Assembly (NCBI GenBank): GCA_965237415.1
Contig: CBDEFM010000002.1
Coordinates: 864,001-928,000 of the forward strand
DNA length: 64,000 nucleotides
Source: Alphaproteobacteria bacterium
GTDB taxonomy: Bacteria; Pseudomonadota; Alphaproteobacteria; UBA828
Reading direction: 5' to 3'
Both the position numbers and the translations under genes were made by a program. The notes beneath the pieces are model-generated. The model was not told the DNA's origin, did no database searches, and saw only the letters and a list, made by a program, of their open reading frames with translations. Positions 18,561 through 28,995 of this stretch are shown here, piece by piece (the stretch's first letter is position 1; every line of letters starts with the position of its first letter).

Positions 18561-20684
18561 ATGAGCACCTATCTCTGCGGCATCGACATCGGCGGCACCT
18601 TCACCGACTGCGTGGTGGTGGATGAAGCAGGCCGCGTCACCACAGGCAAGGCGCCCTCCACGCCGGCCGATTTCGGCGAGGGGCTGATCGCCGCCCTCGA
18701 CATCGTCGCCGGCAAGCTCGATATGCGGCTGGATACGCTCTGCAGCGAGCTTGCGGTGCTGGCCCACGGGACCACGGTCGGCACCAACGCGATCATCCAG
18801 AAGAAGGGCGTCAAGGTCGGCCTCATCACCACCAAGGGCCACAACGATGTCATCCACATCATGCGGGGCTCGCGCGGGCTCACCGGCCGCGACATCCGCC
18901 TCGTCGTTCACTTTCCGGAGAGCAGCAAGCCCGACCCCATCGTGCCCAAGTATCTGATCGAAGGGGTGTCGGAGAGAGTCGATTGCTTCGGCAAGGTCGT
19001 CGTCGAGCTGAACGAGGAGGAGGCGGAGCGAGCGATCCGCCGGCTCGTCGCGGACGGCGTTGAGGCGCTGGCAATCTGCTTCCTCTGGTCCTTTCTTGCG
19101 CCAGAGCACGAGCAGCGGGTCAAGGCGATGGTCGAGCGTATCGCGCCCGGCCTGTTCGTCACCTGCTCGTCGGAATTGGTCCCCAAGTGGGGCGAGTACG
19201 AACGCACCGCAGCGGTCGCGCTGAACGCCTATATCGGCCCTCTGGTCACCGGCTATCTCGCCCGGATGGACCGGCGGACGACCGATCTCGGCTACGACCA
19301 TCCCCTGCAGATCACGCAGTGCGCGGGCGGCACGATCCCCGTCGCCAAGGCGATGGCCTCGCCGCTGCTGACCCTCGATTCCGGTCCGGTCGCCGGCGTC
19401 ACCGGCTCGCGCTACGCCGGCGGCATCATGGGCTACGACAACGTCATCACCACCGACATGGGCGGCACCTCCTTCGATGTCGGCATCATCCACGACGGCG
19501 AGCCGGCGTTCTCGTACCGGAGCCTGGTGCACCAGTACGAGTATTACCTCTCCAAGGTGGACATCCAGGTGATTGGCGCGGGCGGCGGCAGCATGGCCCG
19601 GATCGACGAAGCCACGGGCGTCTTCCGTGTAGGGCCGGAGAGCGCCGGCGCCGACCCCGGCCCGGTCTGCTACGGGCGGGGCGGCACCGTGCCGACGGTG
19701 ACCGACGCCGACCTCGTGCTCGGCTACCTCGATCCCGACAACTTCGCGGGCGGCGCGATTGCCCTCGACCGCGAGGCCGCGGCGCAGGCGCTCAAGCCGA
19801 TGGGCGAGCGACTGGGGTTCGGGCTCGACGAGACGGCGAGCGGCATCGCCCGTATCGTCGAGTTCCAGATGGCCGACCTGATCCGCAAGGTGACGATCCA
19901 GAAAGGCCACGATCCACGCGATTTCGTGATCTTCGCCTTCGGCGGCGCAGGCCCGACCCATGCCGGCGTGTTCGCACAGGAGCTCGGGGTGTCGAAGGTG
20001 ATCGTGCCGCAGCGGGAGACTGCCTCGGTCTGGTGCGCATTCGGGGCGGCGGCGGCGGACCTTCTGCACGTGCACGAGCGGGTGAACATCATGCGCTCGC
20101 CCTTCGATGCCGGGACCATCAACGCGATGCTGGCCGAGCTGAAGGCGCGCGGCGCCGCCGATCTCGCGGCGGACGATGTCGCCCCGGCGGATCGCCAATA
20201 CCGCTTCACCCTCGACATGCGGCACAAGGGCCAGATCAACGAGGTAGAGGTCGATCTGGAGGGCGAGGCCGTTGCCGCCGACCAGGTCGACGCGCTACAT
20301 GAGGAGTTCCGCCGCCGCTACGAGGCGCTCTACGGGCGGGGAGCAGCGTTGCCGAACGCGCAGCTGGAGGTCGTGACCTTCCGCTGCCGTGCGTCCGGCG
20401 TCACGCGCAAGCCCCGCCTGACTGTGGCCGACGCCCTGCAGCCGGACCCTGCGCCCGAGGCTCGCCGTCCGTCCCGCTCGGTCTACTGGGCGGAGTGGAA
20501 ACGCCGCACTGAGACGCCCATCTACGATGGCGCCCGCCTCGTACCCGGCAACCGGATCGAGGGGCCGGCGGTGATCGACACCGAGGTCACCACGGTGGTG
20601 GTCCATCCCGGGCAGACGTTGGCCGTCGACGTGTACGGCAATTTCGAGATCACCCTGGCCTCCACCGCGAACGATGCGGGATGA
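18561..20684 (+). CDS. Hydantoinase A / oxoprolinase ATP-binding subunit
   Basis: GIDIGGTFTD, HGTTVGTN, DMGGTSFD, IGAGGGS, GPESAGADPGP. Confidence 0.92.
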   Translation: MSTYLCGIDIGGTFTDCVVVDEAGRVTTGKAPSTPADFGEGLIAALDIVAGKLDMRLDTLCSELAVLAHGTTVGTNAIIQKKGVKVGLITTKGHNDVIHIMRGSRGLTGRDIRLVVHFPESSKPDPIVPKYLIEGVSERVDCFGKVVVELNEEEAERAIRRLVADGVEALAICFLWSFLAPEHEQRVKAMVERIAPGLFVTCSSELVPKWGEYERTAAVALNAYIGPLVTGYLARMDRRTTDLGYDHPLQITQCAGGTIPVAKAMASPLLTLDSGPVAGVTGSRYAGGIMGYDNVITTDMGGTSFDVGIIHDGEPAFSYRSLVHQYEYYLSKVDIQVIGAGGGSMARIDEATGVFRVGPESAGADPGPVCYGRGGTVPTVTDADLVLGYLDPDNFAGGAIALDREAAAQALKPMGERLGFGLDETASGIARIVEFQMADLIRKVTIQKGHDPRDFVIFAFGGAGPTHAGVFAQELGVSKVIVPQRETASVWCAFGAAAADLLHVHERVNIMRSPFDAGTINAMLAELKARGAADLAADDVAPADRQYRFTLDMRHKGQINEVEVDLEGEAVAADQVDALHEEFRRRYEALYGRGAALPNAQLEVVTFRCRASGVTRKPRLTVADALQPDPAPEARRPSRSVYWAEWKRRTETPIYDGARLVPGNRIEGPAVIDTEVTTVVVHPGQTLAVDVYGNFEITLASTANDAG

Positions 20685-20715
20685 TGCGAGAGCGGAGACG
20701 GACGGGAGACGCGCC

Positions 20716-21009
20716 ATGGATCTGACAGCCTTCGAACACTCGCTCGAGGACACTGCGCCGCCGGAGGGGCTGAGCAAGCCGCTCCAGGCGCTGTGGCAGG
20801 AGGCGAAAGGCGCGTGGGACGAAGCCCATACGCTCGCCCAAGTGGACAAGGGGCCGGCGGGCGCCTGGGTCCACGCCTATCTCCACCGGGTCGAAGGCAA
20901 CCTCCGCAACGCGGGCTATTGGTACCGGCGCGCAGGCCGTCCGGCGTCCGAGGAAGCCCTGCGCGACGAGTGGCGCGCGATCGCGACGGCGTTGCTTGCC
21001 GAGAATTAG
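20716..21009 (+). CDS. Conserved hypothetical protein
   Basis: WDEAH..AQ...AWVHAYLHRVEG..NAGYWYRRA pattern of a widespread small protein. Confidence 0.75.
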   Translation: MDLTAFEHSLEDTAPPEGLSKPLQALWQEAKGAWDEAHTLAQVDKGPAGAWVHAYLHRVEGNLRNAGYWYRRAGRPASEEALRDEWRAIATALLAEN

Positions 21010-21038
21010 GCACATTGGGATCGCGCACGGGGGTTCCG

Positions 21039-21067
21039 TTGACGGGGCGCCGAGGGCTCCCTACATT
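21039..21067 (+). promoter_or_regulatory. Sigma70-like promoter of trxA
   Basis: TTGACG-N17-TACATT upstream of GGAGGAG RBS. Confidence 0.55.
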
Positions 21068-21096
21068 CCAACCATTGCCGCCCCGGAGGAGTATCC

Positions 21097-21417
21097 ATGA
21101 GCGTGACCCACGTCACCGACGCCGAGTTCGAAGAGAAGGTCCTCAATGCCGAAGGCCCCGTGCTGGTAGACTTCTGGGCCGACTGGTGCGGCCCGTGCAA
21201 GGCGATCGCGCCTGCCCTGGAGGAGATCGCCGGCGAGATGAGCGACTCGCTCTCGGTGGCCAAGCTGGACGTGGATTCGAACCCCTCGACCCCTGCGAAG
21301 TACGGCATCCGGGGCATTCCGACGCTGATCCTCTTCAAGGGCGGCGAGGTCGCCGACACCAAGGTGGGCGCCCTGCCCAAGGCCAAGCTATCCGAGTGGC
21401 TGCGCGGCGCGGTCTGA
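21097..21417 (+). CDS. trxA: Thioredoxin
   Basis: [11 protein letters not shown]. Confidence 0.97.
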   Translation: MSVTHVTDAEFEEKVLNAEGPVLVDFWADWCGPCKAIAPALEEIAGEMSDSLSVAKLDVDSNPSTPAKYGIRGIPTLILFKGGEVADTKVGALPKAKLSEWLRGAV

Positions 21418-21501
21418 GACCCGGAAAAACATGAAATTACAAAACGAAGCCAATTTCACGTAACCTATTGTTTTTCAACATAAATTAGAGAGACACTCGG
21501 A

Positions 21502-22824
21502 CTAGGCGGCGGGCACCCCCGCGGCGGCGAGCACGTCGCCGACAAGATAAAGTGAACCGCACAGCAGGATGCGGCCAGGTTGTGCCGCACCTGAGGAGAG
21601 CCGCGTAACGGCCTCGCCGACGTCAGCGTCCGTTTCACAGGAGATGCCAAGGGCGCTCGCAGCCGCCTGGATGTCCTCGGGCGTCGCGCTCGCGACCTGA
21701 CCGGGAATCGGAACCGCCGCCACCCGCCGCGCGAAGGGTGCGAGAGGCCGCAGAAAATCCTTGGGAGGCCTCGTGTTCAGCATGCCGACCACAAGATCGA
21801 GCGGCCGGTCGGCCCAGCCTTCGGCCACGCGGCCGAGCGCGAACGCTGCCGCCTCGTTGTGGCCGCCATCGACCCAAAGCTCCCAACTATCGTCCAGGCC
21901 AGGCCAGGCTATGCGCTGAAGCCGGCCCGGCCAGCGCGCCTGCACGAGTCCCTGGGCGATTGCGGCGCCTACCACATCGAAGCCGGGGAGCAGCCGGGCG
22001 CAGACTGTCGCAAGCGCCGCGTTTTCCACCTGATGCTCGCCGGCGAGGCCGGGCAGCGGGTAACGCCCTTCACCGCGGGCGTCTTGCACGACCAGGTGCG
22101 AGGCGGAGCGATCGAACGACCACTCCCGGTCCAGCCGTGCGAGCGGCGCACCCACGACGGCGGCGACACGTTCGATGACCGCACCGGCCTCCGCATGCTG
22201 GCGCCCGATCACGCCGGTCGCGCACCGCTTCAGGATTCCGGCCTTCTCGGCGGCGATGAGCTCCAACGTCTCGCCCAGATAGTGCGTATGGTCGATGGAG
22301 ACAGGGGTAATCACGGTCAGTGCGGGGCGTTCGAACACGTTGGTGGCATCGAGCCGGCCGCCGAGCCCCACCTCCAGCACCAGAACATCTGAGGGCTCGT
22401 ACCTGAAGGCGTGGAACGCCGCCGCCGTGGTGATCTCGAAGAAGGTGATCGGCGCGCCGCCATTGACCGTCTCACAATGGGCGAGGCTCGCGCGCAACGA
22501 ATCTTCCGAGATCGGGGCGCTGCTCAGCCTGATCCGCTCGGCGAAGCAAACGAGGTGCGGCGAGACATAGCTGTTCACCCGATAACCGGCCGCACGCAGC
22601 ATGGCATCGAGAAAGGCGACGACGCTGCCCTTGCCATTGGTGCCGGCGACGTGGATGACCGGCGGCATGGCGCGCTCCGGGTTGCCGAGCGCATCGAGCA
22701 GCCGGGTCATGCGGCCGAGCGAAAGATCGATGGCCTTGGGATGGAGGTCCAGCAGCCGGTCGAGAATCGCGTCGCTCTCGCGCGGCGCCGTCAGCTCGGG
22801 CCCCCCGCTCACGTTATCCGGCAA
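21502..22824 (-). CDS. folC: Folylpolyglutamate/dihydrofolate synthase
   Basis: HVAGTNGKGS, EVGLGGRLDATN, WPGRLQ, DGGHN. Confidence 0.95.
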   Translation of the reverse strand: MPDNVSGGPELTAPRESDAILDRLLDLHPKAIDLSLGRMTRLLDALGNPERAMPPVIHVAGTNGKGSVVAFLDAMLRAAGYRVNSYVSPHLVCFAERIRLSSAPISEDSLRASLAHCETVNGGAPITFFEITTAAAFHAFRYEPSDVLVLEVGLGGRLDATNVFERPALTVITPVSIDHTHYLGETLELIAAEKAGILKRCATGVIGRQHAEAGAVIERVAAVVGAPLARLDREWSFDRSASHLVVQDARGEGRYPLPGLAGEHQVENAALATVCARLLPGFDVVGAAIAQGLVQARWPGRLQRIAWPGLDDSWELWVDGGHNEAAAFALGRVAEGWADRPLDLVVGMLNTRPPKDFLRPLAPFARRVAAVPIPGQVASATPEDIQAAASALGISCETDADVGEAVTRLSSGAAQPGRILLCGSLYLVGDVLAAAGVPAA

Positions 22825-22851
22825 GACGAGGCGGAGGCGACAGGGCGCACT

Positions 22852-23787
22852 TCAGTCGGCGCTGGCAGTTGCAGGCTGGTCTTTGCGCTCGCCCGTGCCG
22901 GGCGCATCCCCATGCAGAGCGATCACCTCTGCCACGGGCGTCTTGTCGCGCAACAACGACAGCAGCATCGACAGTGTCTCGCGCAGCCTGCGGCGATGCA
23001 CGACCATGTCGACCATCCCGTGATCGCGCAGGTACTCAGAGCGCTGGAAGCCTTCGGGCAGCCGCTCCCGAATCGTCTCCTCGATCACGCGCGGGCCGGC
23101 AAAGCCGATGACGGCGCCGGGCTCCGCGATGGCGATATCGCCGAGCATGGCGAAGGACGCCGTCACTCCCCCCGTGGTCGGGTTGGTGAGCAAGACGACA
23201 TAGGGCACGCCCGCTTCCTTCAGCTCGTCAACCGCGATGGTGGTGCGCGCCATCTGCATCAGCGAGAGCACGCCCTCTTGCATTCGCGCGCCGCCCGACG
23301 ACGGAATGACGATCAAGGGTGCTTCCTGCAGCACGGCGAGCCGCGCGGCAGCGAACAGGCTTTCGCCCACAGCGGTGCCCATCGAGCCGCCGAGGAAGCC
23401 GAAGTTGAACGCCGCAACGACCGCCGGGGCGCCCCCGATGCTGCCGTGGGCGACCACGATCGCATCGTCATGGCCGGTGCCGTTACGCGCCTCGCGGAGC
23501 CGGTCCACATAGCGTTTGCGATCGCGAAACCGAAGGGGATCCTCGGCCACCTTCGGCAGCTCTATGGTCTTATAGTCTTCGTTGTCGAAGAGCAGCGCGA
23601 GGCGCTTGTCGGCGCTGAGCCGCATGTGATGATCGCAGCGCGGACAGACCCGGAGATTGCTCTCAAGCTCGCGGTGAAAAATCATCTGCTCGCACTGGTC
23701 GCACTTCTCCCACAGGTCGTGCGGGATGTCGGGCTTGCGAAACAGGCCGCTTACCTTGGGACGTGAGAATCGATCGAGCCAACTCAC
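22852..23787 (-). CDS. accD: Acetyl-CoA carboxylase carboxyltransferase beta
   Basis: Zn finger [28 protein letters not shown]. Confidence 0.97.
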   Translation of the reverse strand: MSWLDRFSRPKVSGLFRKPDIPHDLWEKCDQCEQMIFHRELESNLRVCPRCDHHMRLSADKRLALLFDNEDYKTIELPKVAEDPLRFRDRKRYVDRLREARNGTGHDDAIVVAHGSIGGAPAVVAAFNFGFLGGSMGTAVGESLFAAARLAVLQEAPLIVIPSSGGARMQEGVLSLMQMARTTIAVDELKEAGVPYVVLLTNPTTGGVTASFAMLGDIAIAEPGAVIGFAGPRVIEETIRERLPEGFQRSEYLRDHGMVDMVVHRRRLRETLSMLLSLLRDKTPVAEVIALHGDAPGTGERKDQPATASAD

Positions 23788-24623
23788 GGTGCAGCCTCCT
23801 GTCGCGCCTCGCGCACGCCCTTGCCAAGCGCACGCACCAGCGCGAGCGCGTTATCGCGGCAGGCGGGCGTTGCCCCGCCGTCTGAGTCCAACCCCTCTTC
23901 GATCGCCGCGACGAGCGCTGAACCGACAACCGCAGCGTCCGCCACCCTCGCGACCTCTGCCGCCTGGTCGGGCGTCTTGATGCCGAAGCCCACCGCGATG
24001 GGAAGCGTGGTGTGGCGTCGCAGCCGCTCGACGGCCTTCTGCGTCGCTCCGGAGGCCGCACCAGCCGCGCCGGTAATCCCGGTGATCGAGATGTAATAGA
24101 CGAAGCCGCTGGTGTTGGTGAGAACGGCCGGCAGGCGGGCCTCATCGGTCGTCGGCGCTGTCAGTCGAACGAAGGAGAGCCCGGCGTCGAGCGCCGGTCG
24201 GCAAAGCTCGGCATCCTCTTCGGGCGGCAGATCGACCACGATCATGCCGTCAAGACCGACTTCCAGCGCGTCGGCGAGGAAGCGTTCCACGCCATAGATG
24301 TAGATCGGGTTGTAGTAGCCCATGAGGACCAGGGGCGTTTCGCCATCGCGCGCGCGGAAGCGCCGCACCAGGCCGAGCGTCTTGGTGAGCGTGATACCGG
24401 CCGCGAGCGCGCGCTGGCCCGCGCGCTGGATCACCGGCCCATCGGCCATCGGATCGGTAAAGGGCGAGCCGATCTCGATGACGTCGGCACCGGCGGCCGC
24501 GAGCCCCTCGAGGATGGCGAAGGAGGTCTCGATGTCCGGGTCGCCCATCATCGTGAAGGTGACGAGCCCAGCGCGGCCTTCCTCGGCGAGCGCCGCGAAG
24601 CGGCGGTCGATGCGCCCGCTCAC
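23784..24623 (-). CDS. trpA: Tryptophan synthase alpha
   Basis: [28 protein letters not shown]. Confidence 0.96.
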   Translation of the reverse strand: MSGRIDRRFAALAEEGRAGLVTFTMMGDPDIETSFAILEGLAAAGADVIEIGSPFTDPMADGPVIQRAGQRALAAGITLTKTLGLVRRFRARDGETPLVLMGYYNPIYIYGVERFLADALEVGLDGMIVVDLPPEEDAELCRPALDAGLSFVRLTAPTTDEARLPAVLTNTSGFVYYISITGITGAAGAASGATQKAVERLRRHTTLPIAVGFGIKTPDQAAEVARVADAAVVGSALVAAIEEGLDSDGGATPACRDNALALVRALGKGVREARQEAAP

Positions 24624-25831
24624 AGCGACGTGCCCAGCGTGTCGGCGACGGTGAAGATGTCCTTGTCGCCGCGTCCGCACATGTTCATGACGAGAATATG
24701 GTCAGTCGGCAGGCCCGGCGCCAACTCCACGACATGAGCCACCGCGTGGGCGGGCTCGAGCGCGGGAATGATCCCCTCGAGGCGCGCACACAGGTGGAAG
24801 GCATCCAGCGCCTGTTCATCGGTGATCGCCACATAGGTGACCCGGCCTGAGTCGCGCAACCAGGCATGTTCCGGTCCGATACCGGGATAGTCGAGACCGG
24901 CGGAAATCGAATGGGCCTCGATGATCTGGCCGTGCTCGTCCTGAAGCAGATAGGTGCGGTTGCCGTGCAGGACGCCTGGCCGGCCGGCGCTCAACGACGC
25001 CGCATGCTTGCCGCTCTCGATGCCGTGGCCGGCGGCCTCGACACCGACCATGCTCACACTCTCATCGTCGAGGAAGGGGTGGAACAGGCCGATCGCATTC
25101 GAGCCGCCGCCGACGCAGGCGACCAGCGTGTCCGGCAGCCGGCCCTCGGCTGCCATGATCTGCTCGCGGGTCTCGCGCCCGATCACCGACTGGAAGTCGC
25201 GCACCATGGCGGGATAAGGATGCGGGCCCGCGACGGTCCCGATCATATAGAACGTCGTCTCGACATTGGTCACCCAGTCGCGCAGCGCCTCGTTCATGGC
25301 GTCCTTCAGCGTCCGCGAACCGGAGTTTACGGGCACCACCTCGGCGCCCAACAGCTTCATGCGGAAGACGTTCGGCTGCTGGCGCGCGATATCGGTCTCG
25401 CCCATGTAGACCGTGCACGGCAGGCCGAAGAGCGCACAGACCGTCGCCGCCGCGACACCATGTTGACCGGCCCCGGTCTCGGCGATGATGCGGGTCTTGC
25501 CCATGCGGCGCGCCAGCAGGATCTGACCGATGCAGTTATTGATCTTGTGCGCCCCGGTGTGGTTGAGCTCGTCCCTCTTGAAGTAAATGCACGCGCCGCC
25601 GAGGTGGTCGCTGAGGCGCGCCGCGTGATAGAGCGGGCTGGGCCGGCCGACATAGTGAGTGAGCAAACGCTCGAACTCCTCGGCGAACTCGGGGTCGTCC
25701 TTGGCCACTTCGTAGGCCTTCTCGAGATCGAGGATCAGCGGCATCAACGTCTCGGCGACGTAGCGGCCACCGTAGATGCCGAAATGGCCGTCGGCGTCGG
25801 GGCCGGGCCGGTTGGCGCCGCGTGCGCTCAT
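24620..25831 (-). CDS. trpB: Tryptophan synthase beta
   Basis: [32 protein letters not shown]. Confidence 0.98.
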   Translation of the reverse strand: MSARGANRPGPDADGHFGIYGGRYVAETLMPLILDLEKAYEVAKDDPEFAEEFERLLTHYVGRPSPLYHAARLSDHLGGACIYFKRDELNHTGAHKINNCIGQILLARRMGKTRIIAETGAGQHGVAAATVCALFGLPCTVYMGETDIARQQPNVFRMKLLGAEVVPVNSGSRTLKDAMNEALRDWVTNVETTFYMIGTVAGPHPYPAMVRDFQSVIGRETREQIMAAEGRLPDTLVACVGGGSNAIGLFHPFLDDESVSMVGVEAAGHGIESGKHAASLSAGRPGVLHGNRTYLLQDEHGQIIEAHSISAGLDYPGIGPEHAWLRDSGRVTYVAITDEQALDAFHLCARLEGIIPALEPAHAVAHVVELAPGLPTDHILVMNMCGRGDKDIFTVADTLGTSL

Positions 25832-26502
25832 GCCGTCGCCTCACTTGGTATCGGGGCATCCGCAGCCGCCGCTGCGGCGAGGAAGGCGCTAATCTTCCCG
25901 GGGTCCTTGCGCCCCGGTGCCGATTCTATACCCGACGAGACATCGACGGCCCGGGCGCGGGTGATCCTGATCGCCTCGCCGACGTTGTCCGCGTCCAACC
26001 CGCCGGAAAGAAGCCAGCCGGTGGATGGCGGCGGCGCGGACTCGAATAGCCGCCAGTCGAGCGTCCGCGCGTTGCCGCCGGGACGGGTGTCGTCGACCGT
26101 CGCCTTGGCGTCGAACAGAATTAATTCGGCGCTCTCGCCATAGTCTTCGGCACGCTCGATGTCAGACGCCTCGGACACGCTGATCGCCTTGATGATGCGG
26201 CAGCCGGTGCGCGCGCGAATCTCTCGCGCCCGCGCCGGGCCCTCGTTTCCGTGGAGCTGGATATAGTCGAGTCGCATCTCAGAGAGAATACCGTCGAGCA
26301 ATTCGTCATCCGGATTGACGACGACGCCGACGGTAGCCGTGCCGTCGGGAAGGCCCGCACTCAGAGCCGCGGCTCGGTTTGGCGCAACGTGGCGTGGCGA
26401 GGGCAGGAAGAACACGAATCCCAAGTACCGCGCGCCGCCGGCGAGCGCCGCATCGACGGCCGGTCGATCGCTCAGTCCGCAGGTCTTAACCAAGACGGGC
26501 AT
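25828..26502 (-). CDS. trpF: Phosphoribosylanthranilate isomerase
   Basis: VKTCGL, IQLHGNE, LSGGL, DVSSGIE. Confidence 0.95.
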   Translation of the reverse strand: MPVLVKTCGLSDRPAVDAALAGGARYLGFVFFLPSPRHVAPNRAAALSAGLPDGTATVGVVVNPDDELLDGILSEMRLDYIQLHGNEGPARAREIRARTGCRIIKAISVSEASDIERAEDYGESAELILFDAKATVDDTRPGGNARTLDWRLFESAPPPSTGWLLSGGLDADNVGEAIRITRARAVDVSSGIESAPGRKDPGKISAFLAAAAAADAPIPSEATA

Positions 26503-26510
26503 GGCCTAAC

Positions 26511-27224
26511 CTAACTCATCGCCGCCGCCATTTCCTCGGCGATTCGAGTTGCTGCGTCGCGCGGATCGTCCGCCTGCGTAATCGGCCGGCCGACCACCAG
26601 ATAGTCGGCGCCGCGGCGCAGCGCGTCGCCCGGCGTGATGATGTGCGTCCGGTCGTCGCTCTTGGACCAGACGGGGCGAACGCCCGACACGACCAGCATG
26701 AAATCGGAGCCGAAGCGCGCCCTCAAAACGGCGAGGTCATCGGCAGAGACCCAGGCGCCATCCACACCGCACCCGTGCGCGAGATCGGCGAGCCGGCACA
26801 CCTGATCGCTGACCGGCCCGCTCATGCCGAGCGCGCCGACATCTTCATCGTCCGCGTCGATCGGGAGCGGCACCGCGAGAATGTTAAGCCGTTCCCTGCC
26901 GCCGGCGTCGGCGGCACCTAGCGCCGCGGCCATGGCAGCCCGCATCATGCTGGCACCGCCGAGGGCGTGGACGGTCACCAGCACCGCCCCGCTCTCGCTC
27001 GCTGCGCGCACCACTTGCGCCACCTCGCGCGGAATTTCCAGCAACTTGAGGTCGAGCCAGACCGGCAGGCCGAGGCGCACGATCGTTCCGACGCTTGTCA
27101 GACCGTTCTCCATGACGAAGGCCGCGCCGAGCTTTACACCGCCGATAGCGCCATGGAGGCGTTCCACCAGGGAGCATGCGGCGTCGACGTTGCCGGTATC
27201 GATGGCGCAGAACAGGCGGTCCAT
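26511..27224 (-). CDS. pyrF: OMP decarboxylase homolog with divergent active-site motifs
   Basis: Syntenic (lapA-pyrF-trpF); AID, VKLG, TVHALGG, VVGRPIT kept, but DxKxxD reads DLKLLE. Confidence 0.8.
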   Translation of the reverse strand: MDRLFCAIDTGNVDAACSLVERLHGAIGGVKLGAAFVMENGLTSVGTIVRLGLPVWLDLKLLEIPREVAQVVRAASESGAVLVTVHALGGASMMRAAMAAALGAADAGGRERLNILAVPLPIDADDEDVGALGMSGPVSDQVCRLADLAHGCGVDGAWVSADDLAVLRARFGSDFMLVVSGVRPVWSKSDDRTHIITPGDALRRGADYLVVGRPITQADDPRDAATRIAEEMAAAMS

Positions 27225-27236
27225 GGCGCGGCGCCG

Positions 27237-27593
27237 CTACGCGAGGTCCTTGGGCGTCAACGACACGGGCGTCACCGCGGGGATCGTCGCCCGCTGGCCG
27301 CGCACGACTTCGTCGAGCTGCTTTCGCGCCCCCGCCAGCTCCTGCTCCAGCGCACGCGTGCGTCGCCGGCCGCGGCGCGCCATGCGACGCACCTTGTGGT
27401 CGAGCAGCCAGCGCACCAGAGCGCCAGAGAGGAACCCTACTGCCAACGCCCCTACCGCCAGCGCCCAGATCGGGATATCGAGCCGGTAAGGGAATGGCGC
27501 CACGCTGACGGCGACGGGGCCCCGATTCGCCACGGCGAAGGCGATGGCGACAATCCCCAGCGCCGCCGCGATCACCCAGGCGAGAATCCTCAT
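27237..27593 (-). CDS. lapA: Lipopolysaccharide assembly protein A family
   Basis: FAVANRGPVAVS..P, two TM segments, downstream of ihfB. Confidence 0.8.
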   Translation of the reverse strand: MRILAWVIAAALGIVAIAFAVANRGPVAVSVAPFPYRLDIPIWALAVGALAVGFLSGALVRWLLDHKVRRMARRGRRRTRALEQELAGARKQLDEVVRGQRATIPAVTPVSLTPKDLA

Positions 27594-27688
27594 GAGTCGG
27601 TTCTTGTGCGCCGCGCCGCGCGGCCCGTCAACCGCGCGATCCGGCGGTCATGGCCCCGGACCGCCGCGCGCCGTTCAAGCCGCGTCGC

Positions 27689-27976
27689 TCATTCGCGGTT
27701 GATCCGCTCCCGCAGCTCCTTGCCGGTCTTGAAGAACGGCAGGAACTTCCTGTCCACCCGAACCGCAGCGCCGGTGCGCGGATTGCGGCCGACCCGTGCC
27801 GCCCGTGGGCGGACCGAGAACGCACCGAAACCGCGAAGCTCAACCCGGTCGCCCTGCGCGAGCGCATCGCTGATCTCCGTGAAGATCCGGTTCACCACGC
27901 GCTGATAGTCGCGGTGGTAAAGGTGCTGGTCGGCGTGCTTTTCCGCCAGCAGCTGAATGAGTTCGGACTTGGTCAT
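27689..27976 (-). CDS. ihfB: Integration host factor beta
   Basis: [35 protein letters not shown]. Confidence 0.96.
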   Translation of the reverse strand: MTKSELIQLLAEKHADQHLYHRDYQRVVNRIFTEISDALAQGDRVELRGFGAFSVRPRAARVGRNPRTGAAVRVDRKFLPFFKTGKELRERINRE

Positions 27977-28042
27977 GCTGGAAATTCCCCGCCGGCCAGA
28001 GGCTCTCGGCTCGCGTGTTCAATCGCCGAGAACGTCGTCATT

Positions 28043-28954
28043 TCAGTCCGATATCTCAGGGTGCCAAACGGCGATCAGACCGTCAAGGGCGAGCGTTCGC
28101 GCCGGCAGGGTGCGCTCGAGCGCCGCATCGATAACGTCAAACAAGCCGCCGTCACCGCCGCTTACCACGTCCGCGGCCGGAATTGTCTCGGGCACGCCGT
28201 GCACCTGTGCGAGCCACGCGCGCGCCTCGTCTTCGCCGCCGATGGCATCGACGAGGCCGACCTGAACCGCCTGACTGCCGGTGAACACGCGCCCGTCGGC
28301 CAGCGTCAGCGCCGTCTCGCGATCAAGAGAGCGACGCTCCATCACGAGGCGCAGGAACGAGTCGTAAATGTCCGCCACCACGTTCCGCATGGCGCGGCGG
28401 GTGGGATTGTCCAACTCCTCATAGGGCGTGGGCTTCGCCTTCAACGGCCCGCTGCGGATCGCTTCCGTCCGCACGCCGATCTCTTCCAGGAGCGCGGAGA
28501 ACTCGGCGGTCTGGAACAGGATTCCAATCGAGCCCGTCAGCGTTGCTTCGCGAGCGAGCACATGGTCTGCGGCGAGCGCTGCCATGTATGCTGCCGAGGT
28601 CGCGGTGGTGCCGAAAACGGCGACGACCGGCTTGGCCTCGGCAAGGGAACGCAGGCTGAGATAAAGGGCTTCGCCGCCAACCGCCGTGCCGCCAGCGGAA
28701 TCGAGTCGCAGCACGACCGCCTTGACCGCGTCGTCGTCGCGGAGATCGGCAATGACGCGGTCGCGGGCAGGATCGTCCTCGATCAGCCCGGTAACCCAAA
28801 GCCGGGCGACGCGCTCGCCTCCCTCGAAGGCGAAGGGCGCTGCGGCGACCAGGGCGAGAGCGACCAGCGCGACGACAGCGAGGGCGCGCCATATGGCAAT
28901 GCCCCGCTTGAGACGGCGGCGGTCGAGCAACCTGTCGGGATCCAGGCTCGCCAT
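28043..28954 (-). CDS. sppA: Signal peptide peptidase (S49)
   Basis: LDSAGG, ATSAAY, TGSIG, DGRVFTG. Confidence 0.9.
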   Translation of the reverse strand: MASLDPDRLLDRRRLKRGIAIWRALAVVALVALALVAAAPFAFEGGERVARLWVTGLIEDDPARDRVIADLRDDDAVKAVVLRLDSAGGTAVGGEALYLSLRSLAEAKPVVAVFGTTATSAAYMAALAADHVLAREATLTGSIGILFQTAEFSALLEEIGVRTEAIRSGPLKAKPTPYEELDNPTRRAMRNVVADIYDSFLRLVMERRSLDRETALTLADGRVFTGSQAVQVGLVDAIGGEDEARAWLAQVHGVPETIPAADVVSGGDGGLFDVIDAALERTLPARTLALDGLIAVWHPEISD

Positions 28955-28995
28955 CTCCCTCCTGGATCACGGCCTGATGCGTTACGGCGAGCGCC

